This document shows, one piece after another, positions 48,503 through 58,653 of a stretch of DNA of 64,000 nt; position 1 is the first letter of the stretch, and the number at the start of each line of letters is the position of its first letter. The stretch spans positions 8,556 through 72,555 of the forward strand of contig CAURBV010000021.1 in assembly GCA_963523055.1 (NCBI GenBank). The letters run 5' to 3'. The DNA comes from an uncultured Paenibacillaceae bacterium (lineage in GTDB: Bacteria > Bacillota > Clostridia > Lachnospirales > Lachnospiraceae). The position numbers and the translations under genes were made by a program. Under the pieces are notes generated by a model, which was not told where the DNA came from, ran no database searches, and was given only the letters and a program-made list of their open reading frames with translations.

Positions 48503-50176
48503 ATGAAATTTAAAGATATGCCATATCAAAGAGTAGATTTAGAAGAAAAAAAGCTTCGGTTTGAAGAAATTATGAAGGATTTCGCCGCTGCAGCCAGTGG
48601 AGAAGCCCAGTTTGAGATTCATAAAAGATATTATGAGTTCAAAGATGAAATCGATACCATGGTCATAATTGCAAGTATCAGACACGATATCGATACGACA
48701 GATGAATTCTATGAAAAAGAACGGAATTATTATGATGAAATAGAGCCGGAACTGATTGATATGTACGTAAGATATGCGCGGCAGATGTATGAATCTCCCT
48801 ATCGGAATTATCTGGAAGAAAAGATAGGAACCGTTGCATTTAAGAACATTCAGCTGAATATCAGGTCATTTGATAAAAAACTGATTCCACTTAAGCAGGA
48901 AGAGAATGCGCTGACAACTGAATACGATAAATTAATTGCCAGTGCAGAAATTGATTGGGAGGGGGAAACTCTGAACCTCTCCTTATTAAGAAAGTATTTA
49001 ACCCATAAAGACAGGGAAGTACGCCGGAAAGCTTATGTAAAATACAGTTCCTTTTTCGAAGAAAACGGAGATAAACTTGATTCTATTTACGACAAGCTGG
49101 TAAAAAATCGTACAAAACAGGCGGAAGAATTAGGCTATGATAATTTCGTAGGGTTAGGTTATGACCGGGTACGGAGAAATTGTTATGACAAAGCTATGGT
49201 AGAAAATTTCAGAAAACAGGTAAAGGAATATTTCGTACCATTTGCTGAAAAGCTTCATGAAAAAAGAAGAAACAGAATAGGAATTGAAAAATTATCCTGT
49301 ATCGATGAAGGTGTTTTCTTTGAAACTGGCAATCCGGAACCAGTCGGTACGCCGGAAGAGATTATGGCCAGTGCACAAGACATGTATGGAGAACTTTCCA
49401 AAGAAACAAAGGAATTTTTTGATTTCATGTCTGAGAATGAATTGTTTGATGTGCTGGGCAGAAAGAAAAAACGGGCAGGGGGATATATGACTTACCTTCC
49501 TGTTTATAATGCGCCTTTCATTTTTGCCAATTTCAACGGAACCAGTGGTGACATCAACGTGATTACTCATGAATGCGGCCATGCGTTCCAGGGGTATCTG
49601 TCAGGAAAAGATCCCATCAAAGAACATGCGGATATCACCATGGAAACAGCAGAGATTCACTCCATGTCCATGGAATTTTTCACAGCTCCCTTTATGAACC
49701 AATTCTTTGGCAGCCGGACGGAAGATTATAGTTCCATGCACTTAGAGGATGCTGCCATATTTATTCCCTATGGCTGTATGGTAGACGAATTTCAACACAT
49801 TGTCTACGAAAATCCTCAGATGACTCCTGCGCAAAGGCACCAGGCGTGGATTCAGCTTGAAAAGGAATATCGGCCACATTTGGATTATACCGGATATCCA
49901 TATTTTGAAAAAGGAGGATTCTGGCAGAAGCAGCCTCATATCTATGACGATCCTTTCTATTATATTGATTACTGTATTGCTCAGATTTGTGCTTTTCAGT
50001 ACAAAATAAGAATGGATGAAAATTATCAGGAAGCCTGGGACAGCTACTTGAAACTTTGTAATTTATCAGCCAGTGATTTCTTTACTAATATGCTGAAAGA
50101 GGTTGGGTTAGACAGCCCGTTTGAAGATGGCTGTGTGAAAAGAATTGTTGAGAAACTGGAAACATTATGTCTTTAA
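48503..50176 (+). CDS. M3-family oligoendopeptidase
   Basis: THECGHAFQ zinc motif, AEIHSMSME, DEFQH, HIY..PFYYIDY. Confidence 0.92.
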   Translation: MKFKDMPYQRVDLEEKKLRFEEIMKDFAAAASGEAQFEIHKRYYEFKDEIDTMVIIASIRHDIDTTDEFYEKERNYYDEIEPELIDMYVRYARQMYESPYRNYLEEKIGTVAFKNIQLNIRSFDKKLIPLKQEENALTTEYDKLIASAEIDWEGETLNLSLLRKYLTHKDREVRRKAYVKYSSFFEENGDKLDSIYDKLVKNRTKQAEELGYDNFVGLGYDRVRRNCYDKAMVENFRKQVKEYFVPFAEKLHEKRRNRIGIEKLSCIDEGVFFETGNPEPVGTPEEIMASAQDMYGELSKETKEFFDFMSENELFDVLGRKKKRAGGYMTYLPVYNAPFIFANFNGTSGDINVITHECGHAFQGYLSGKDPIKEHADITMETAEIHSMSMEFFTAPFMNQFFGSRTEDYSSMHLEDAAIFIPYGCMVDEFQHIVYENPQMTPAQRHQAWIQLEKEYRPHLDYTGYPYFEKGGFWQKQPHIYDDPFYYIDYCIAQICAFQYKIRMDENYQEAWDSYLKLCNLSASDFFTNMLKEVGLDSPFEDGCVKRIVEKLETLCL

Positions 50177-50358
50177 ATATCTGTATAGTATTCGAATAGC
50201 AGTCAGCTGATCGTTTGATCTATAAAAATTTTTAAGGAGGGTTGGTATGAAAAAGATTAATAGAGATGATCCAATCCCATAGATGTCGAAAGGCAATATG
50301 GGAGTACATAAACGTATCATCAAATATTATAAAAGTGAAACGAAAGGGATGAATATTA

Positions 50359-52101
50359 ATGAAATCAAAAAAAATTTTAAGTATGTTAATTGTATCAGGT
50401 CTGGTTGTCTCCAGTCTGGCTGGCTGCGGCGGCTCATCTGGTAAAACCACAGGCGGGAACACTGCAGAAACTCAAAAAACAGCACAAAATGATAAAAAAG
50501 GACCCAATGGTGAGACACTGGCCTCCGAACAGGTTGCACATGGTCAGCAATTTAATGTGATTACTTTTGATACGGCACAGGTAGGAGATGCGGAGTCAGG
50601 TTCATTTTTCTTAGCAACCTGTGAAGGCTTATTCCGAGAGAATAAAGGTGTGATTGAAAATGCAGGCTGTGAAAAATATGAGGTTTCAGATGATGGTCTT
50701 ACCTATACATTTCATTTAAGAAAAAACAAATGGTCAGACGGGGTAGAAGTAGTTGCCAGCCAGTATAAAGATGCGGTAGAACGAGTGCTGAATGCTGATT
50801 TGGCATGTGCCTATTCATTCTTTGCATTTCCAATTAAAAATGCAGAGAAATTCTACAACAAAGAATGTGGCTTTGACCAGGTCGGTGTAGAGGTTGTAGA
50901 TGATTACACTTTAAAATTTACGCTTGAAGCACCAGAACCTTATTTTGTTGACAAATTATCTTACACCGTGTTTTATCCGATCCGCGTAGATAATATTGAA
51001 AAATATGGTGATACATATGGTACCGATGCAATGCAGACCTTATCCTGCGGCCCTTATATGGTACAGGAATATACAGCGAATCAGAGCACTGTTCTGGTAA
51101 AAAATCCGGAGTATTGGGATGCAGAACATGTTTACTTAGATCAGGTTGATCTGCAGCAGGTTGATGAAACCGCGACCCAGTTCCAGTTATTTGAAGCAGG
51201 CCAGTTAGATTATGTATCAGCTTCCGGTGACTATTTGAAAAAATGGGATCAGGCAGCAAGTGAAGGCAAATGTCAGCTTTATACAGACGGAGATGTTGCT
51301 TCCCAATATTTTGCATTTAATACACAGGAATCATGTCCAAGTGGTTTAATGCAGAATACAAAAATAAGAAAAGCAGTTGCTTATACATTTGACAGCCAGA
51401 CATTTATTGATTCTGTTTACAACAGCAGATATACAGCTGCTTATGGGCTTGTAACACCGAATATTAAAGTCGGAGACAAAGAATATCGTTCGGAAGTGAC
51501 AGAACCGATTAAAGAAGAATATAGTGAATATGCGAATAATCCGGAGAAGTTAAAAGCATTATTCCATGAAGGATTAAAGGAACTTGGAAAAGACACCGAT
51601 GATTTAAGCACCATCACTCTTCAATTCTTAGGTTATGGCGAAACAACCATTGAAAAAGACATAGAACAATATGTAGTTCAGCGGATTCAGGATAATTTAG
51701 GTGTGAAAGTAAACTTAAATATTGTGGGTGACTTTGGTCTTGCACATGCTGCGCAGGTTGCTGGTGAGTTTGACTTATGTATGCAGGTATGGGGAGCAGA
51801 TTACAATGATCCCATGACATTTATTGATATCTTCAGAACTGGCGGAAGCAGTAACTACGGTAAATACTCAAGTGAGAAATACGATCAGGTTCTGGATCAG
51901 TTATCAAAAGAGCAGGACAATGATAAACGTATCAAACTGTATGGAGATGCAGAAAGCATTCTGATCAAGGATGATGCAGCAATTAAACCTCTTCTATATC
52001 GCGACAAACACAGTTATATAAACAATCGTCTTCATGGTTTCCAATACCCTGTTTTCGGTGGAAAGCATGAATTCAAATATGCTTACATTGTGGAAGAATA
52101 A
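50359..52101 (+). CDS. oppA: Oligopeptide ABC substrate-binding lipoprotein
   Basis: Lipobox LAGC, DGLTYTFHLR..KWSDG, GPY, KNPEYWD, WGADYNDP. Confidence 0.9.
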   Translation: MKSKKILSMLIVSGLVVSSLAGCGGSSGKTTGGNTAETQKTAQNDKKGPNGETLASEQVAHGQQFNVITFDTAQVGDAESGSFFLATCEGLFRENKGVIENAGCEKYEVSDDGLTYTFHLRKNKWSDGVEVVASQYKDAVERVLNADLACAYSFFAFPIKNAEKFYNKECGFDQVGVEVVDDYTLKFTLEAPEPYFVDKLSYTVFYPIRVDNIEKYGDTYGTDAMQTLSCGPYMVQEYTANQSTVLVKNPEYWDAEHVYLDQVDLQQVDETATQFQLFEAGQLDYVSASGDYLKKWDQAASEGKCQLYTDGDVASQYFAFNTQESCPSGLMQNTKIRKAVAYTFDSQTFIDSVYNSRYTAAYGLVTPNIKVGDKEYRSEVTEPIKEEYSEYANNPEKLKALFHEGLKELGKDTDDLSTITLQFLGYGETTIEKDIEQYVVQRIQDNLGVKVNLNIVGDFGLAHAAQVAGEFDLCMQVWGADYNDPMTFIDIFRTGGSSNYGKYSSEKYDQVLDQLSKEQDNDKRIKLYGDAESILIKDDAAIKPLLYRDKHSYINNRLHGFQYPVFGGKHEFKYAYIVEE

Positions 52102-52116
52102 ATAGATTTAAAGGTC

Positions 52117-52160
52117 ATACCACATGGCGCATCACTGTACGGGGGTGTGCTGTGTGGTAT
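52117..52160 (+). other. Intercistronic stem-loop after oppA
   Basis: ATACCACATGGCGCA / TGTGCTGTGTGGTAT; likely mRNA stabiliser or partial terminator. Confidence 0.6.
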
Positions 52161-52178
52161 ACTTTATAGATTAGGAGA

Positions 52179-53144
52179 ATGAAAATGGTCAAATACATCA
52201 TCCGAAGAGTATTGGAAATGCTGATTACCCTGTTTTTAATCGTGACAGCTACTTTCTTCTTACTGTCCGCAATTCCTGGAAATGCGCTGACTTCCAAAAT
52301 CGCCAAATTGCCAAAGACGGTGCAGACTAAGATTATAGAAAAATATGGATATGATAAACCAGTTGCAGAGCGTTATGTAATTACCATGAAAGGGCTGCTG
52401 ATCAATGGCGATTTCGGAGAATCCATTATCAGACCAGGCGAAACATTTGCCAAGAATTTAAAGCTTAAACTTCCGGTAACAATCAGGCTCAGTGTTCAGC
52501 AGATTCTATTAGGTGTGACGTTAGGTATATTATTGGGAATTATCGCAGCTATGAAGAGGGGAACTTTCTGGGACAAGCTGATCTTAGTGGGAGCCATGAT
52601 TTTAGTATCCATGCCTTCGCTGGTTATCTCACTTTTACTTCAAAAATATTGTGCAAACGGATCGTTCCTGAAATTGCCGATTATTGGCTGGCCGAAAGGA
52701 AAAGAATTATGGTTCGGAGGCTGGAAATACACAATCCTTCCAACCATTGCCGGTTCCTGCAGTTTTATTGCCTATTATTCAAGGCTTACCAAAACCAGTA
52801 TGCTGGAAAGCATCAATCAGGAATATACCCTTACAGCCAGATCAAAAGGTCTTTCTGAACTGCAGATTGTAAAAAATCATGTGATACGTAATTCATTTAT
52901 TCCAATTATTACTGTACTGCCCACTACGGTAGCAGGTATTTTAACTGGTTCTCTGTTTATTGAACGCGTTTTCTCCATTCCGGGTATGGGACGATACTAT
53001 ATAGAAGCTGTTCAGGGAAGAGATATTCCCATTGTCCTGGCAGGAACAACATTTTATGCCATTATTACGGTTATAACAATGCTGGTAACAGATATTTTAT
53101 ATGTTATTGTGGATCCCCGTATTAAAATCGGTGTTTCGAAATAA
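52179..53144 (+). CDS. oppB: Oligopeptide ABC permease
   Basis: GDFGES, TARSKGLS, HVIRNS, ERVFSIPGMG, DPRI. Confidence 0.92.
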   Translation: MKMVKYIIRRVLEMLITLFLIVTATFFLLSAIPGNALTSKIAKLPKTVQTKIIEKYGYDKPVAERYVITMKGLLINGDFGESIIRPGETFAKNLKLKLPVTIRLSVQQILLGVTLGILLGIIAAMKRGTFWDKLILVGAMILVSMPSLVISLLLQKYCANGSFLKLPIIGWPKGKELWFGGWKYTILPTIAGSCSFIAYYSRLTKTSMLESINQEYTLTARSKGLSELQIVKNHVIRNSFIPIITVLPTTVAGILTGSLFIERVFSIPGMGRYYIEAVQGRDIPIVLAGTTFYAIITVITMLVTDILYVIVDPRIKIGVSK

Positions 53145-53161
53145 CGGAAAGGAGAAATAAA

Positions 53162-54079
53162 ATGAATTCAATGATAGATAAAAGATTTGAACTCGCCGAC
53201 CAGTCCAAGTTTGATGCTGACGAGGTCGTAAGACCGAATATCAGTTACTGGCAGGATGCGTGGCGAAGATTAAAGAAGAATAAATTAGCCATGTTATCCA
53301 TGGGCGTACTCCTCATTCTTTTTGTTATGTCTGTAATTGGTCCTGGCATAAGTGGTCAGAATTATACAACATTAATGCCGGAAATTAAAAATTTACCGCC
53401 TGACAGTACCTATTGGCTGGGAACTGATTATTTAGGAAGAGACCTTTTTTCCCGTTTGTGGAAAGGTTTAAGATTTTCCATTATTGTTGCTGTGGTTGCA
53501 GCAAGCCTTAAGGTTCTGATCGGTTGTATTTATGGAGCTGTTATGGCATACCTGGGCGGTCTTGTAGATGATATTATGATGCGTATTGTAGAGGTATTAA
53601 ACAGCATCCCTTATCTTATCGTTACTTTAATTATTTTAGTCGTACTGGGAAATGGTTATTTACCTTTATTATTTGCATTATGTATCACAAACTGGACAAG
53701 TACAGCCCGTATGGTAAGAGGCCAGATTTTAAAGCTTCGGGAAAGCGAATACATCATGGCTTCCGCAGCTTTGGGAGCATCGTCAGGAAGAGTAATTATC
53801 AGACATTTAATTCCAAATACACTGAGTTTGTTAATTCTGGATCTGGCGACATCCATTCCTTATATTATTTTTGACGAGACTGTGCTTTCGTTCCTGGGAA
53901 TCGGTCTTCAGCCCCCTGCATTCAGTTTAGGAACACTGCTTTCAGCAGGCCAGGAGGCCATGGCTTTTTATCCCACCCATTTATTATATCCTAGTATACT
54001 TTTATGTTTACTTGTATTGTCATTTAATATTTTAGGCGACGGTTTAAGGGATGCACTTGATCCACAGCTTAGAGACTAG
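53162..54079 (+). CDS. oppC: Oligopeptide ABC permease
   Basis: DAWRRLKKNK, LGTDYLGRD, ARMVRGQ, GDGLRDALDP. Confidence 0.92.
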   Translation: MNSMIDKRFELADQSKFDADEVVRPNISYWQDAWRRLKKNKLAMLSMGVLLILFVMSVIGPGISGQNYTTLMPEIKNLPPDSTYWLGTDYLGRDLFSRLWKGLRFSIIVAVVAASLKVLIGCIYGAVMAYLGGLVDDIMMRIVEVLNSIPYLIVTLIILVVLGNGYLPLLFALCITNWTSTARMVRGQILKLRESEYIMASAALGASSGRVIIRHLIPNTLSLLILDLATSIPYIIFDETVLSFLGIGLQPPAFSLGTLLSAGQEAMAFYPTHLLYPSILLCLLVLSFNILGDGLRDALDPQLRD

Positions 54080-54091
54080 GAGGAAATCAGG

Positions 54092-55162
54092 ATGAGTCAG
54101 GAACCCTTATTAAAAGTGGAAGATTTAAAAGTTTCTTTTCATACCTATGCAGGAGAAGTGCAGGCGGTAAGAGGCGTATCCTTTGATGTAAAAGCAGGAG
54201 AAGTATTAGCTATCATAGGAGAATCAGGCTGTGGTAAAAGTGTTACCTCCAGAGCGATCATGTCTCTTGTCAGAGGTCCTCAGGGGGAAATTAAAAAGGG
54301 AAGTAAAATTCTCTATGAAGGAAATAACATATTAGAAATGAATGAAAAGGAGCAAAGAGCCTTTCGTGGCGGTGAATGCTCCATGATTTTTCAGGATGCC
54401 TTAGTTTCGTTAAATCCAACCATGAAAATCGGAAAACAGATTATTGAAAATATAGTACAGCATAAAAAGATAAGCAAAAAAGAAGCCAGACAGGAAGCCA
54501 TTCAGTTATTAGAAGCAGTGGGTATTCCCAATCCTGAAAAGAGAATTGACCAGTATCCATTTGAATTTTCTGGCGGTATGCGGCAAAGGGCTATGATTGC
54601 CATTGCGATTGCCTGTAACCCTAAGATTTTAATTGCAGATGAGCCTACCACAGCTCTTGATGTGACAATTCAGGCACAGATTATGGAGCTGATTAAAAGT
54701 CTGAAGGAGAAACGAAATACGGCAGTGATTCTAATTACCCATGATTTTGGAGTTGTGGCAGGTTCTGCCAATAAAGTTGCCGTTATGTATGCGGGACAGG
54801 TGATTGAAAGCGGTTCAAGAAATGAGATTTTCTACAATCCACAGCATCCATACACCTTAGCGCTTCTTGGCAGTGTGCCAAAATTGGAGTGGGCGAATAA
54901 ACAGCTGTTACAGACAATTAAAGGAACGCCTCCAGATCTTATTTCTCCGCCAAAAGGCTGTGCATTTGCAAAGCGCTGCAATTACTGTATGAATGTCTGC
55001 CTGGAAGAGATGCCTGGGACAACTGATTTTGAAGCTGGTCATTATACACGTTGCTGGCTGCATGATGAGGAAGTACCAGAGTCTGTTAAAAAAATGTTCT
55101 ACGATGACAGAAAGATCATAACTGATAACGAAAATGGTGTTGCAGCAGTTGAGGGTGAATAA
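54092..55162 (+). CDS. oppD: Oligopeptide ABC ATPase
   Basis: GESGCGKS, FSGGMRQR, ADEPTTALDVT, HPYT, C-terminal Cys cluster. Confidence 0.93.
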   Translation: MSQEPLLKVEDLKVSFHTYAGEVQAVRGVSFDVKAGEVLAIIGESGCGKSVTSRAIMSLVRGPQGEIKKGSKILYEGNNILEMNEKEQRAFRGGECSMIFQDALVSLNPTMKIGKQIIENIVQHKKISKKEARQEAIQLLEAVGIPNPEKRIDQYPFEFSGGMRQRAMIAIAIACNPKILIADEPTTALDVTIQAQIMELIKSLKEKRNTAVILITHDFGVVAGSANKVAVMYAGQVIESGSRNEIFYNPQHPYTLALLGSVPKLEWANKQLLQTIKGTPPDLISPPKGCAFAKRCNYCMNVCLEEMPGTTDFEAGHYTRCWLHDEEVPESVKKMFYDDRKIITDNENGVAAVEGE

Positions 55163-55163
55163 A

Positions 55164-56129
55164 ATGGGTAGTCACGATATTTTAGAAGTAAAACATTTAA
55201 AGAAATATTTTAATGTTGGAAAGCATGATCTTTTAAAGGCGGTAGATGATGTTTCTTTCACCATAAAAGAAGGTGAGACATTAGGCCTTGTGGGTGAATC
55301 CGGCTGTGGTAAGACAACCTGCGGCCGTACGGTAGTTGGAATGTACCGCGCAACAGATGGAGAAGTATACTATAAGGGACAAAATGTACATAAATTAAAA
55401 GGAAAAGACAAAAAGGCCTTTAACAAAGAAGTCCAGATCATTTTTCAGGACCCTTATGCGTCTTTAGATCCCAGAATGACCGTTGCAGAAATCATTGGGG
55501 AAGGAATTGAAATCCATGAACTGGCTAAAACAAAGCAGGAAAAAGACGAAAAGATCGCTCATCTGCTGGAATTAGTGGGTTTGAACAAAGAACATGCCAA
55601 CCGGTTTATCCATGAATTTTCAGGTGGTCAGAGGCAAAGAATCGGAATTGCAAGAGCACTTGCTGTTGAACCTAAATTTATTATGTGTGACGAGCCTATT
55701 TCAGCATTGGATGTATCCATACAAGCACAGATTGCCAATATGCTGATTAAATTTCAACAGGAAATGAAGCTGACTTATCTGTTCATTGCTCATGATCTGG
55801 CAATGGTAAAGCATATTTCAGACCGTATCGCCGTGATGTATCTGGGCTCGATTGTGGAGCTGGCAGATTCGGAAGTTCTTTATCATCACCCCTTCCATCC
55901 TTATACGGAAGCATTAATGTCGGCGATACCCATTGCTGATCCTAAAATTGAAGATTCCAGACAGAGAATTATGTTAGAGGGTGATGTACCAAGCCCAATT
56001 AACACACCGCCAGGCTGTAAGTTCCAGGGCAGATGCCGGAAAGCGACTGAACAGTGTAAATGTGATGCACCGAAATTAACCGAAGTAGAACCGGGACATT
56101 TTGTCGCCTGTCACTTATATAATAAATAG
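55164..56129 (+). CDS. oppF: Oligopeptide ABC ATPase
   Basis: Start at ATG 55164; [34 protein letters not shown]. Confidence 0.93.
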   Translation: MGSHDILEVKHLKKYFNVGKHDLLKAVDDVSFTIKEGETLGLVGESGCGKTTCGRTVVGMYRATDGEVYYKGQNVHKLKGKDKKAFNKEVQIIFQDPYASLDPRMTVAEIIGEGIEIHELAKTKQEKDEKIAHLLELVGLNKEHANRFIHEFSGGQRQRIGIARALAVEPKFIMCDEPISALDVSIQAQIANMLIKFQQEMKLTYLFIAHDLAMVKHISDRIAVMYLGSIVELADSEVLYHHPFHPYTEALMSAIPIADPKIEDSRQRIMLEGDVPSPINTPPGCKFQGRCRKATEQCKCDAPKLTEVEPGHFVACHLYNK

Positions 56130-56136
56130 GTTGAAT

Positions 56137-56493
56137 ATGATGGAACGTTTAAAGACAGTGGGATCGGATTTTTATAAATGCCTGAAGTACAGCAGTATTA
56201 TTAGCGGCATCTTAGTGGTGGTAACAGGTGTAATCAGTTTTGTAATCTCAAAAGGAAATTTGATCGCTTCTTTAGAAAGCATGAAAGCAATTTTATTTGC
56301 AGCCGGAAGTATGGGACTCATAATGGGAGCAGTGTCTATTTTAAGAAAAGACCGGGAAAATGAAAAAGACTGGTTCGAGTGGAAAAAGAGATTTAAAATA
56401 TTTTCTTACAGGGTAACCATTAGTGTTATGAGTATTATTATTTTGTTATATGGATGCATAATAGATGAGCTATTATTTATGTTAAATCATTAA
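56137..56493 (+). CDS. Small 3-TM membrane protein at the end of the opp operon
   Basis: Three hydrophobic segments; immediately after oppF and before the terminator. Confidence 0.65.
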   Translation: MMERLKTVGSDFYKCLKYSSIISGILVVVTGVISFVISKGNLIASLESMKAILFAAGSMGLIMGAVSILRKDRENEKDWFEWKKRFKIFSYRVTISVMSIIILLYGCIIDELLFMLNH

Positions 56494-56503
56494 TTAGGGA
56501 TTG

Positions 56504-56548
56504 AAAAGGCGCTTTGCGGTATTTTTTAAATGCTGCAAAGCGCCTTTT
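56504..56548. terminator. Bidirectional terminator
   Basis: AAAAGGCGCTTTGCGGTATT / AATGCTGCAAAGCGCCTTTT. Confidence 0.88.
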
Positions 56549-56565
56549 GCTAATTTATCCAATTG

Positions 56566-57927
56566 TCAGTAGTTTATGTCGGATACCCATTTTACCCTTA
56601 ATATGAGGATTGTGGTAATAAAGGCTGCCATGTAATTGGAAAACAGGTTCCCCCAGAATACCGAATAAAAGCCCAGAACATGTTCGGTTGCCAATATAAA
56701 TATGTAACGCAGAAGCCATACCCGCAGCAGGCTGATAAAGAGCGTGATCCGGGTTTTTCCCAGACCGATAAAAGCACCCTGCTGAACCATACAGATACCA
56801 AAGCCGATTACGGAATAGGTATAAATATGTAGCGCCTGATTTGCTACAGCCAGAACAGATGCATCTCTGGTAAACAGTACCGTAAGTTTCGATGACAATG
56901 GAACCACCAGAGCGATTAAAAGTGCAGCAGTAATGGCACTTATAATACATCCGTCGAAACAGGCTTTTTTTGCCTTCTCCGGCTGCTTGGCTCCGATATT
57001 CATGCTGACCATGGTAGTGACTGCAGAACCGAAAGAGGAGGGCAGTATGAAGCATATGGAGGTTATGTTATTAGCAATTCCCTGCCCGTTTAATACAACT
57101 GCCCCGTATTTCTCCACTTCATTGTTGATCAGGAAGAAGCCCAGGTTGAGCATCAGACTGGAAAGCATGGCGGGAAAACCGATTCGCAGCAAGGTGTGAA
57201 TGATGGACCAGTCAAACCGGAAGCCGGACAGGACAAAACGTTCTCCATTCTTTTTGATAAACAATTCATAATACATCCATCCCGTAATTAAAAAGTTGGA
57301 TGCCAGGGAAGCCATGACTGAGCCTACAAGACCCCAGCGGAAAACTGCAATAAAGAGGGCGTTGAAAATAATTTTTAAAATCAGCATGATCACCATCCGG
57401 ACAAATGTATCCTCCGGCTTGCCATTGGCATTTTTTATGGAGTTATAGATTGATTCCATAAAGGAAAACGGTGTCACACAGGCGTTCAATGCAAGATAAA
57501 GAAAGACATTGCGGGAAATTTCTTTATTTACATGGGCGGATATGGGAAATGCAAGGGCAACTAAAATAGGTGCAAGGAAAAAGCCCAGTAAAAAAGTAAA
57601 TACAATGATCTGAGTGGAAATCTTCCGGCTGTTTTTAAAGTCTCCGTTTCCATTGGACTGGCCGATAATGGCCATTCCGGCCACGCTCACTCCCTGCGCC
57701 AGAGCAGAGACCATGTTTACAATTGGGGTGCAGTAGGTGACGGCACTTGCCGCACTGGTTCCTACCAGATTGTTAAGAAACAAGCCATCGATAACTGGTA
57801 TTGCGGATTGGATAAGACCCATCATCAGGGTGGGAATGGAAAGAAATAAAATGGTTCCAAAGACGGAGCCGTTGAGAATGAGATCCCGCCGCTGCTCGGT
57901 GCTTTGCTTTAAAAAGTTTGAATTCAT
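56566..57927 (-). CDS. MATE efflux transporter
   Basis: LSIP...IDGLF, IGQSNG, SMNIGA, about 12 TMs. Confidence 0.88.
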   Translation of the reverse strand: MNSNFLKQSTEQRRDLILNGSVFGTILFLSIPTLMMGLIQSAIPVIDGLFLNNLVGTSAASAVTYCTPIVNMVSALAQGVSVAGMAIIGQSNGNGDFKNSRKISTQIIVFTFLLGFFLAPILVALAFPISAHVNKEISRNVFLYLALNACVTPFSFMESIYNSIKNANGKPEDTFVRMVIMLILKIIFNALFIAVFRWGLVGSVMASLASNFLITGWMYYELFIKKNGERFVLSGFRFDWSIIHTLLRIGFPAMLSSLMLNLGFFLINNEVEKYGAVVLNGQGIANNITSICFILPSSFGSAVTTMVSMNIGAKQPEKAKKACFDGCIISAITAALLIALVVPLSSKLTVLFTRDASVLAVANQALHIYTYSVIGFGICMVQQGAFIGLGKTRITLFISLLRVWLLRYIFILATEHVLGFYSVFWGNLFSNYMAAFITTILILRVKWVSDINY

Positions 57928-58107
57928 GTCGGTTCACCTGATTTAGTAGATTTGCGGTAGAGTTTTCAGTCAGTACCGTACAAAAATAAAATATACTCTT
58001 GGGTGATAGGAAAGTCAAACAAAAACTAATACTTTTATCTAAATTATATTTGAAAATATCCTCCCCCATCTGGGTTACATTTGCTCTTTTATCCATTTAT
58101 GGTATCT

Positions 58108-58342
58108 AATGAGGCATTAATAGTTCATTTTCACCCCTATGCCTCATTTCTTAGATTTTTAGATCATCTCAAATACGATTCGGGGTATTTTCAGCAACGG
58201 ATCTTTATTTACTCCTCGCCGCATTCAATTTGCGTGGCGTAGATAAAATTTTTTCACCCCTCTGCCCCGTTCCTTTGATTTTATAATTCTTTCTATATCA
58301 TTTGAGGCATAGCAGCAGATAGGTCTTTGCCTATGCCCCCAA
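58108..58342. repeat. Degenerate ~123-bp tandem repeat made of palindromic units
   Basis: TTTCACCCCT(A/C)TGCC at about 58128 and 58251; inverted repeats AATGAGGCAT/ATGCCTCATT and TTGAGGCATAG/CTATGCCCCCAA. Confidence 0.65.
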
Positions 58343-58441
58343 TAAAAATATTCCCTGATAAAACATATAATACAAGTCTTGTTTTTAATATCGGCTCAAA
58401 GTATAATAAGATTAAAATAAAACGTGAGAGGGGGCAAAGTA

Positions 58442-58603
58442 ATGGCAAAATCTAATCAGGTAAAAGTATCTGAAAAAGTAAATTACACAGGGACTGAAAC
58501 AATACAGGCATTAAGGTCAGAACTGGAAAAAGGAGTTGAAAGTATGGAGCGTGGTTCCGTGTATACACTTGAAGAAGCATGGAAAGAAATTGACGCGATT
58601 TAG
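58442..58603 (+). CDS. 53-aa antitoxin-like protein
   Basis: G-rich RBS; MAKSNQ...ELEKGVESMERGSVYTLEEAWKEIDAI resembles type II antitoxin C-termini. Confidence 0.5.
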   Translation: MAKSNQVKVSEKVNYTGTETIQALRSELEKGVESMERGSVYTLEEAWKEIDAI

Positions 58604-58653
58604 GAGAGCGTATGGAAAAATCATTAAATTGGATTGAACAATAAAAGATACTG

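Noticed and set aside
58108..58342. CRISPR array
   Set aside because: Units are degenerate, the intervening sequences are homologous, and there are no cas genes
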